Of a DNA stretch of 14,438 nt, positions 8,378 to 14,438 are shown in pieces. Numbering within the stretch: the stretch's first letter is position 1; every line of letters starts with the position of its first letter. This DNA comes from Myxococcota bacterium (GTDB taxonomy: Bacteria > Myxococcota > JACRCW01), in NCBI GenBank assembly GCA_040752415.1, contig JBFMGU010000265.1:1-14438 (forward strand), written 5' to 3'. Below the pieces are notes generated by a model. That model was not told the origin of the DNA, made no database searches, and worked only from the letters and a program-made list of their open reading frames with translations. Made by a program: the position numbers and the translations under genes.

Positions 8378-9694
8378 TCAGGGCACGCCCAAGCCGTAGA
8401 CGGCCATCAGCTCGTCGATCACCGCGGTGCGCTCGGCGTCGGAGAGCTCGTGGTCGTAGACGATCAGCTCGGCGATGTAGCCCTGGAAGCGCGCGGGGTC
8501 GCCGCCGTTCCAGTCCTGTTGCAGGTCGCTGTAGCCCACGCAGGTGGGGCCCGTGCCGGTGTCCAGCCCGTCGGATTCGTTGAAGTCGCTGGCAACGTTG
8601 AGTTCGGTGCGCTCCAGCCAGGCCCGGGTGTCCTCGATGCGTCCCTGCGCTGGCGTGGCGGCGGTCATGAGGCGGAAGCCGGTGGTGCCGAGCGACTGGT
8701 CATACACCTCACGCCCCCAGGCGCGCATGCTCACCTCCGGCGTCACCGCGTAGGTCTCCCCGCCGCCCGCGTTGTTGTCATTGTTGAGCTCCACGATCAC
8801 GTTGCGTTCCGCAATGCGCAGCGCCCACGCCACCACCACCACGCTGCGACCCATCGTCCCGGCCACCACGTTGGGCGCGAGCATCTCGTCTTCCTCACCG
8901 TCGAACAGCACCGCGGCATGGCCCGCGACGAGGTTGGGCACCAGCGTGGGCATGCGCCGGGTTTCCTGGGCATAGGCGTGGTGGTCGAGGCCCGAGGAGT
9001 CCGGCCATTCCTGCACCACTCCCTCCGGCGTGGCCACGACGGTATCCGCCACCAGCCACAACACCGGGTCCACGCCACCGCGCGGCAGCAGCACGCCGGA
9101 GGAACCGCCACCCGCGTCCTGCGTCACGCCCGCGTCGCGACCCGCGTCGACGACGTTGACGGTTCCCGCGTCCGCCACCGCCCCCGCATCCCGCCCTCCC
9201 GACGAGGTGCTGCTGGAGAGGCTCCCGGAGCCGCTGCTCGACGAGGAGAGCGCGCCGGAGCTGCTGCTGCTGCTGGACACCCCGCCTCCCGACGACGACG
9301 ACACGGACGCGGACGACGAGGACACCGACGCCCCCGTGCTCGCTGCCGCAGACGACGAGGCTACCGACGACGACGACGACGACGCGGACGGATCCGGCCA
9401 CGACGACGATGCCGTGCTGGCGCTGCCCGAGGAGCTCCCGTTGGACGAAGCGGCGGTCCCGGTCACCTGGGCCAGGCACGCGCCCTGGTCGCACGTCTCG
9501 GAGGCGGGGCACTCGTCGGTGGAGACGCACGCCCGACGACACACCCCGTCACGGCAGGTGTTCCCGCTGGCGCAGTCGCTGTTGGCCTCACAGTGGAAGA
9601 CGGCGTTGGGGCCGGGACACCCGGACGCCCCGGCGAGCATGAGCGCCGTGAGAGCCGCGGGGAGCGCTTGGCGCCACGTCGGGCGGGGCCACAT
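8378..9694 (-). CDS. Lipoprotein with Cys-rich N-terminal module, Ser-rich/DAG linker and a probable LamG/concanavalin-like jellyroll C-terminal domain
   Basis: Signal peptide and lipobox (ALTALMLAGASG-C). Cys module CEANSDCASGNTCRDGVC..C..C..C..C. Poly-Ser linker. C-terminal LWLVAD..V..WPDSSG..HA, AVLFDG..D, FQGYIAELIVYDHELSDAER..V...L..Y pattern typical of LamG-like domains. GGAGG lies 12 nt upstream of ATG 9694; the alternative GTG start at 9715 overlaps the upstream stop. Confidence 0.8.
   Translation of the reverse strand: MWPRPTWRQALPAALTALMLAGASGCPGPNAVFHCEANSDCASGNTCRDGVCRRACVSTDECPASETCDQGACLAQVTGTAASSNGSSSGSASTASSSWPDPSASSSSSSVASSSAAASTGASVSSSSASVSSSSGGGVSSSSSSSGALSSSSSGSGSLSSSTSSGGRDAGAVADAGTVNVVDAGRDAGVTQDAGGGSSGVLLPRGGVDPVLWLVADTVVATPEGVVQEWPDSSGLDHHAYAQETRRMPTLVPNLVAGHAAVLFDGEEDEMLAPNVVAGTMGRSVVVVAWALRIAERNVIVELNNDNNAGGGETYAVTPEVSMRAWGREVYDQSLGTTGFRLMTAATPAQGRIEDTRAWLERTELNVASDFNESDGLDTGTGPTCVGYSDLQQDWNGGDPARFQGYIAELIVYDHELSDAERTAVIDELMAVYGLGVP
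9100..9448 (-). repeat. Low-complexity coding linker: poly-Ser tracts ((GAC)n and (GCT)n on the + strand) followed by five DAG tripeptides
   Basis: Trinucleotide runs at ~9259-9275 and ~9366-9384. Translation includes SSSSSS tracts and RDAGAVADAGTVNVVDAGRDAGVTQDAGG. Confidence 0.85.
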
Positions 9695-9711
9695 GCCGGC
9701 TTCCAACCTCC

Positions 9712-10770
9712 TCACCCGTTCCGGAATCCTCCGGTCAACAGGGTGGCCACGGGGATGGCGGGCGTGTTGGCCTGGCTGCCGCGGTGGATGGCGCGGGCCA
9801 GGCTGTAGTTGTCGGGCATGCTGACGGTGGCGGAGACGGCGTCGTCGTGGGCGCGGTCCCGGCCCTCCCCCAGGCGCAGGGAGCCGTTGTCGGCGTGGAA
9901 CTCCGCCAGGTACTGCCCTGAAGCCACGCCCATGGACAACACCGCGTGCGGCTTGAAGGCGTCCATGGAGCTCTGCACGCTCTTGCCCTTCTGCCCGTTG
10001 ATCGTCGGGTCGGCCACGTCGAACCTCTGGGTGTGCACCAGCACGCTGCGGACCTTGTGGGTCTGCGGGTCGCGCACCATGTACTGCCAGACCTGGGCGT
10101 CGGGATTCTGCTTGAGTTGCTTGTTGGTGTAGGGCGCGCCCTCCGACGTGACGAGGTCCTTGCCGAAGGCCTGCTTCATGGCCGCGTCGATGTTCTCGCG
10201 GTGGCTCACGAAGTCCCCGGTGGGGTTGTTCCGCACGTCCATGAACGTGGCGTAGCCGTTGAGCATCAGCCGCACCGGACCGCTTCTGTCCTTGGCGCTG
10301 GCGTCCAGGTAGTAGCCGCGGATGGCCGCGCCCACCACCTCCCGCGTGCCCTGGTGACGCTCCGCCTGCGTGTACGCGCTCCCGTCGACGGAGGTGTGCT
10401 CGTCGCGCGGGATGTGCAGGAAGCCCACCAGCTTCTCACCGTGCGCGTTGGTGGCCACCGAGCTGCCGCGCTTGCTGGCCTCCTGCTGCGTGGTGAAGAA
10501 CATGTGCTCGCAATAGAAGTCGCCCGGGTCGGTGCCGTGGTGCACGGTGGCGTTGGGCGTGCTCAGCACCACGTCGGGGAGGCCGCCGTTGCGCACGGTC
10601 ACCGGAGCCCCCAGCGGCGCGGTGCCAAAGCTGTCCTGCGGCGTGTGGGCCGGCGGGCTCGTCGGGGAAGCCACCGGCGTGGCCTCACCGGTGCCGTGGG
10701 TGTTCTGCGGCCCCTCGGTGTTGGTGGTCCGGTGCGGGACGCTGCTGCGGGAAATGGTCGTCGTGGTCAT
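9712..10770 (-). CDS. Pyroglutamyl peptidase I (C15)-like protein, circularly permuted, with low-complexity N-terminal extension
   Basis: Start moved to ATG 10770 (MTTTT). Motifs: DPGDFYCEHMFF (Cys 10512-10510), GFLHIP (His 10416-10414), VRLMLNGYATF...NNPT (10275-10219), KPHAVLSMGV...LAEFHADN (Glu 9903-9901). These match the four conserved Pcp motifs but in a different order. Confidence 0.75.
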   Translation of the reverse strand: MTTTTISRSSVPHRTTNTEGPQNTHGTGEATPVASPTSPPAHTPQDSFGTAPLGAPVTVRNGGLPDVVLSTPNATVHHGTDPGDFYCEHMFFTTQQEASKRGSSVATNAHGEKLVGFLHIPRDEHTSVDGSAYTQAERHQGTREVVGAAIRGYYLDASAKDRSGPVRLMLNGYATFMDVRNNPTGDFVSHRENIDAAMKQAFGKDLVTSEGAPYTNKQLKQNPDAQVWQYMVRDPQTHKVRSVLVHTQRFDVADPTINGQKGKSVQSSMDAFKPHAVLSMGVASGQYLAEFHADNGSLRLGEGRDRAHDDAVSATVSMPDNYSLARAIHRGSQANTPAIPVATLLTGGFRNG

Positions 10771-10916
10771 GGCAGGTCGGGCCCCAGGGGAGGGGGTCCG
10801 GGAACTGTAGGTCGGGGAAAATGATCTTGCACCTCCCCGGCGGACCGATGCGCGCGGATCCGCCATCCCCGCGGGTGAGAGAACGGCGCCTTCATCCCGA
10901 CCACGATTTGCGGCGC

Positions 10917-10942
10917 CATTCCTGAGCATTCCTGACCGGTCA
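10917..10942. promoter_or_regulatory. Candidate operator: direct repeat CATTCCTGA-G-CATTCCTGA overlapping the palindrome TGACCGGTCA
   Basis: A 9-bp direct repeat at 10917-10925 and 10927-10935, and a perfect 10-bp palindrome at 10933-10942, in the middle of the 317-bp divergent intergenic region. Confidence 0.35.
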
Positions 10943-11087
10943 ACGTGATGGGACCCGCGGTCTTCGCCACGCACTGACGTCGTGCATCCACGTGTTGCAC
11001 CGCGTCCGCGTCCAACGTCGAGGCACGTGCTCCCGCGTCGGTGGTTCCTTAGGTTTCCACCAGCTCATCCGTTGGCAGGAGGGTGTG

Positions 11088-11372
11088 ATGAGGATGCCCA
11101 TCATCCAGGAATGCTCGGTGGACGCGTGCGCGTACAATCAGAACAAGGCCTGTCACGCTCTGGCCATCACCGTCGGTGACACGCGCCATCCCCACTGCGA
11201 CACGTTCTGCCCCACCGCCGGGAAGGGCGGCGACCCCAGCGCCACCGGGCGCGTGGGCGCATGCAAGGTTGCCGATTGCCAGCACAACACCAACCTGGAA
11301 TGCCAGGCGCCGCAGATCGCCGTGGGCTACCAGCAGGGACAGGTGGACTGCCTGACCTACAAGCACCGCTGA
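11088..11372 (+). CDS. DUF1540-like Cys-rich small protein (two repeats)
   Basis: AGGAGG at 11077-11082 precedes ATG 11088 (alternative ATG 11094). Two copies of C-x4-C-x-[YH]-N-x3/4-C-x-A-x2-I-x-V...C-x-T-[FY]: CSVDACAYNQNKACHALAITV..CDTF and CKVADCQHNTNLECQAPQIAV..CLTY. Confidence 0.88.
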   Translation: MRMPIIQECSVDACAYNQNKACHALAITVGDTRHPHCDTFCPTAGKGGDPSATGRVGACKVADCQHNTNLECQAPQIAVGYQQGQVDCLTYKHR

Positions 11373-11453
11373 CGTCGTCGTGGGAGCACTGGTCCAGCGG
11401 ATTTTCCGCGACTGGCCCTGTCGGGCTTCCGTCGGAAATCGCACCGTGTGCCC

Positions 11454-12281
11454 ATGGTCGAGCGCATCCGTCCCCTGGTCCGCGCGGATCTTGCCGTGGT
11501 CCGCGCCATCACCGACGCCGCGGGTCTCACGGGCGCCGCGGACAACATCTCCCGCTACCTGGCCTGGCAACCCGACGGGTACCGCGTGCTGGAGCGCGAC
11601 GGTGTCGTCGTGGCGTGCGTGGGCGCGGTACGGTTCGGGCGGACCGCGTTCGTGGGTGCCATGGCGGTCTTGCCTTCCGAACAACGTCGTGGCTACGGCC
11701 GGCGCGCGCTGGAGCGGCTGCTCACCGAGCTGGATCACGAAGGCATGGAAACCATCCTCCTCGAGGCCACCGACGCGGGAACGCCGCTGTACCGGCAGCT
11801 CGGCTTCGTCGTGGACCACGAGACGTACGCGTACAGGCTGGAGAGCCCGCGCGCGCACGGAGACCCGCTGCCCGGCATTCCCACCGACGCCCTCGACGAG
11901 GTGGTGGCCTTTGATGCCTCCCACTTCGGTGCGGTGCGGCGTGACCTCCTCGTGGGGATGTGGCGGGAGCACCCGGAGCGGTCGGCGGTGGTGCGTCGGG
12001 GCGGGCGGGTGGTGGCGTATGGGATGTGCACGCGCACGCGGCTGGGTCCCGTGGTGGCGGAGGCCCGGGAGGACGCGGAGCGGTTGATGGACACGCTGCT
12101 GTTGCTCCCGCGCGACCCCCTCATGGCCGCGCACGCGCCGCTGCCCAATGAGCACGCCCACGCACTGCTGACGACGAGGGGCTTCCACCAGGTGCGTCGC
12201 CTGCGACGGATGCGACGTGGCGGTCACCCGCTGGGCAACCCCGGGGCGATCTACACGCTGGTCAACGCCGCGACCGGTTGA
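11454..12281 (+). CDS. GNAT family N-acetyltransferase with a second, YitH-like GNAT-derived domain
   Basis: Acetyl-CoA motif A (VLPSEQRRGYGRRAL) and LEATDAGTPLYRQLGF. C-terminal D..HFGAVR..LL, AYG...R..LGPVVAE, PNEHA..LL..RGF..RM pattern. GTG 11448 is an alternative start. Confidence 0.88.
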   Translation: MVERIRPLVRADLAVVRAITDAAGLTGAADNISRYLAWQPDGYRVLERDGVVVACVGAVRFGRTAFVGAMAVLPSEQRRGYGRRALERLLTELDHEGMETILLEATDAGTPLYRQLGFVVDHETYAYRLESPRAHGDPLPGIPTDALDEVVAFDASHFGAVRRDLLVGMWREHPERSAVVRRGGRVVAYGMCTRTRLGPVVAEAREDAERLMDTLLLLPRDPLMAAHAPLPNEHAHALLTTRGFHQVRRLRRMRRGGHPLGNPGAIYTLVNAATG

Positions 12282-12296
12282 GTAATTCTTCCGCGC

Positions 12297-13259
12297 ATGA
12301 AGACGCTTCTCGTCGGGGCGGGCGCGGTGGGGCAGGTATTCGGGTTCCACCTGCAGCGGGGCGGCGCGCAGGTAGGCTTCCTGGTCAAGGAGAAGTACGC
12401 CGAGGCCGCGCGCGCGGGATACGACCTCTATCCGCTGAATCGTCGCCGTCCGCGTCAGGCGCCGGTGCGCTTTCAGGGATTTTCCGTCGTCACCCATGCG
12501 TCAGGCGCCGCCGCGGAACGCCCCGACGTGCTCATGCTGTGCGTCTCCTCCACGCAACTGCGCGGGCCGTGGCTGGACGAGCTGCTCCCGGAACTGGGCG
12601 ACGCCACCGTCGTCACGCTGCAGCCGGGCATGAATGACCGCGCGTACCTCCTCGAGCGTGTGCCGGAGTCACGGCTGGTGTGCGGCATGATCGGCTTCAT
12701 CAGCTACGCAGCGCCCCTGCCGGGAGAGACCGTGCCCACGCCGGGAATCGCCTACTGGCTGCCGCCGCTCTCGCCCTGCCCCTTCAGCGGCCCCACGGAA
12801 CGGGTGCGTCCGCTCGTCGACACCCTGAACCGCGGTGGGCTGTCGGCCCGGATTGTCGACGACGTTCCGGGAATGAGCATCTTCCCCAGCGCGCTGTTGA
12901 TGTGCGTGATCAGTGGGCTGGCGGGGGCGGGCTGGTCGCTGCGCGCGTTGCATGAGCGGGCCCACGCGGACCTCACGCTGGCCGCGGCGCACGAGGCGCT
13001 GGCGGTGATTTCCCGACGGACGGGACGGAACGCGCCCCTGCCGCTGCGCGTGGCGCTCTCCCCGCTGTTGTTCCGCACCGCGCTGGGTATTGCTCCCGGC
13101 GTGACGCCGCTGGACCTGGAGACGTACCTGCGCGTGCACTTCACCAAGGTGGCCGACCAGACCCAGCTCATGATGCGGGATTACGTCGCGGAGGCGCACC
13201 GGCTGGGCATCCCCGCGCCCAACCTGGAGAAGCTGGCAAGCGGTTCCCGTTCAGGTTGA
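12297..13259 (+). CDS. Ketopantoate reductase (PanE/ApbA) family-like NAD(P)-binding protein, divergent
   Basis: N-terminal Rossmann motif KTLLVGAGAVGQVFGFHL, PDVLMLCVSS and VVTLQPG (cf. LQNG). Size 320 aa. Starts 15 nt after the GNAT stop, so probably co-transcribed. Confidence 0.75.
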   Translation: MKTLLVGAGAVGQVFGFHLQRGGAQVGFLVKEKYAEAARAGYDLYPLNRRRPRQAPVRFQGFSVVTHASGAAAERPDVLMLCVSSTQLRGPWLDELLPELGDATVVTLQPGMNDRAYLLERVPESRLVCGMIGFISYAAPLPGETVPTPGIAYWLPPLSPCPFSGPTERVRPLVDTLNRGGLSARIVDDVPGMSIFPSALLMCVISGLAGAGWSLRALHERAHADLTLAAAHEALAVISRRTGRNAPLPLRVALSPLLFRTALGIAPGVTPLDLETYLRVHFTKVADQTQLMMRDYVAEAHRLGIPAPNLEKLASGSRSG

Positions 13260-13291
13260 CCGAGGGCACACCGCTCGGCGCTCTCATACCC

Positions 13292-13684
13292 CCTGGTCAA
13301 CTGACGTCGTCACGGCAGTGGTCCGGCCGGCGCTCGCGCCGCCGGTACCAGGGCGTGAGCGGACGCCGCAGCCGTAGGGGCTAGGCTTTTCCACGTCGTG
13401 GAAGCGACGAGAACGGAAGGAAATGCCTAGCCCGGGTGCCGACGGAGCAGCGCCGTGACCCTGCGTCACCATGCAACCGGGGTGCGTGCTGAGCATCCTT
13501 CTGGGATACGTTGGTTCACCTGGGGAAGTCTTCGTGGCCCCGGGCTAGGCATTTCCTTCCGCTCTCGCCGCTTCCACGACGTGGAAAAGCCTAGCCCCTA
13601 CGGCTGCGGCGTCCGCTCGCGCCCTGGATACCGGCGGCGCGAGCGCCGGCCGGACCACTGCCGTGACGACGGCAGCTGACCAGG
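13292..13684. repeat. Long inverted-repeat element (REPIN/MITE-like): arms 13292-13436 and 13539-13684, 102-bp spacer
   Basis: Manual alignment of the left arm with the reverse complement of the right arm gives 5 substitutions and 1 single-base indel over ~145 nt. Each arm contains GTAG followed by GGGCTAGGC...GCCTAGCCC. The element fills almost the whole gap between two convergent genes. Confidence 0.93.
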
Positions 13685-13689
13685 TAATG

Positions 13690-14427
13690 CTAATCCGGCT
13701 CTTCCACCGTGGCCAACAGCGGCGCGCCATGACGACGGGCATACGCATTGATCAACGCGGCGCGTTTGAGCGCGTCCTCGCGGAACATCGCCCCCAGTGT
13801 GCTCTTGCCCTCGCGGTGCACCTGCAGCATCAGCTCGGTGGCCTTGGGCTGCTCCAGACCGCCCACGCGCTCCAGCACGTCGACGACGAAATCCATGTTC
13901 GTGAAGTTGTCGTTGTGGATCACCACCTGGGCCAGCTCCCCCTGCACCGCGGTGGGCTTGGATTCCGGGCTCGGTGAGCCGTGCGCCAGGGCGCAGAGCA
14001 GCCGCGCGCGGGTGACGCCGTGCTCGCTCAGGAACGAGAACGAGGGACAGAACGAGAACATCAACATGCCGCGCAGCAGGTGCAACGGCGTCACCGTCAC
14101 GCCGGGATGACCCGCTTCCACCTCGGCGTAGCGCAGCACGGTCTCGTGGTAGACGGTGGGCCGCGGATTGACGGTGCCTTCCTTCTGCACCCGCGCGGTC
14201 TCCTGCACAAAGCGCTGCACCGCCTCGCCCAGCGTCAACAGGTCCACGCCACAACCGCGCAGCGCTTCCATGACGTCGTCATCCGGCAGGATGGCCAGGA
14301 GCAGGTCCAGGTCGGTGACCTCACGTCGACGTCCCCGTGACGCGCGCTCCCGCGCCTCCGTCACCGCCTTCCCCAGCGCCACATCCCGAGACGGACGCCC
14401 GGTGAACCACGAGAAGAACGAGGCCAT
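13690..14427 (-). CDS. clpS: Fusion of a ClpA-type N-terminal domain and a ClpS adaptor domain
   Basis: The N-terminal ~150 aa resemble the ClpA N-domain (EAR...EVT..DLLLAIL, ALRGCGVDL, PRPT..ETVL.YA, VT..HLL, FL..HGVTR..LL..LAHG). The C-terminal ~80 aa match ClpS (VVIHNDNFTNMDFVVDVL, ATELMLQVHREGK, YAR.HG.PLLATVE). The start lies 11 nt from the window edge and the frame stays open upstream, so the true start could be outside the window. Confidence 0.85.
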   Translation of the reverse strand: MASFFSWFTGRPSRDVALGKAVTEARERASRGRRREVTDLDLLLAILPDDDVMEALRGCGVDLLTLGEAVQRFVQETARVQKEGTVNPRPTVYHETVLRYAEVEAGHPGVTVTPLHLLRGMLMFSFCPSFSFLSEHGVTRARLLCALAHGSPSPESKPTAVQGELAQVVIHNDNFTNMDFVVDVLERVGGLEQPKATELMLQVHREGKSTLGAMFREDALKRAALINAYARRHGAPLLATVEEPD

Positions 14428-14438
14428 GCCCCGACCCT

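Noticed and set aside
2362..8583. Very long + strand ORFs (2362-5550, 5551-8583) opposite the FG-GAP gene
   Set aside because: Antisense shadows typical of high-GC coding DNA: rich in His, Arg, Val and Gly with no motifs, while the minus-strand frame has clear domains.
9200..9420. Trinucleotide runs as phase-variable microsatellites
   Set aside because: They are in-frame triplets with mixed Ser codons (TCG, TCC, AGC), so this is a protein-level linker. Slippage would not switch expression.
10974..13310. CTGACGTCGT occurs at 10974, 11369 and 13301
   Set aside because: Short and GC-rich, in inconsistent contexts (promoter region, stop codon, repeat arm), and not conserved in the second arm.
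13284..13679. Two small ORFs (13284-13496 -, 13455-13679 +) sharing the peptide PGLGISFRSRRFHDVEKPSPYGCGVRSRPG
   Set aside because: The shared peptide follows directly from the DNA inverted repeat. The 1-nt indel between arms shifts the frame afterwards, and there is no clear RBS.
13292..13684. CRISPR array, autonomous IS or retron msr-msd interpretation of the repeat
   Set aside because: There are only two inverted copies rather than direct repeats with spacers, and no cas, transposase or reverse transcriptase gene in the window. No target-site duplication is visible.

Overview
High-GC bacterial DNA, most likely from Myxococcota or a similar deltaproteobacterium. This is inferred from a MYXO-CTERM-like tail, a Myxococcus-type Cys-rich repeat and Ser/DAG-rich lipoprotein linkers. 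Ten likely genes, in order: a small membrane protein (-); a secreted M6-like HExxH metalloprotease with a C-terminal sorting signal (+); a co-directional minus-strand run of four genes (an 82-aa protein with an internal duplication, a ~1985-aa FG-GAP/Ig-like surface lipoprotein, a Cys-rich/Ser-linker lipoprotein, and a pyroglutamyl-peptidase-I-like protein); then DUF1540, GNAT and PanE/ApbA-like genes (+); and a convergent ClpA-N-domain/ClpS fusion (-). The most notable signals are: (1) the C15 peptidase homolog appears circularly permuted, with its Cys and His motifs ahead of the canonical N-terminal strand and Glu motif; (2) a ~393-bp intergenic element with ~145-bp inverted arms, each carrying GTAG followed by a 56-nt hairpin, plus a third divergent GTAG + 57-nt hairpin at the window start, which suggests an unusually long REP/REPIN-like family; (3) the ClpN-ClpS fusion. 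All family calls come from recognising motifs by eye. No database search was run.
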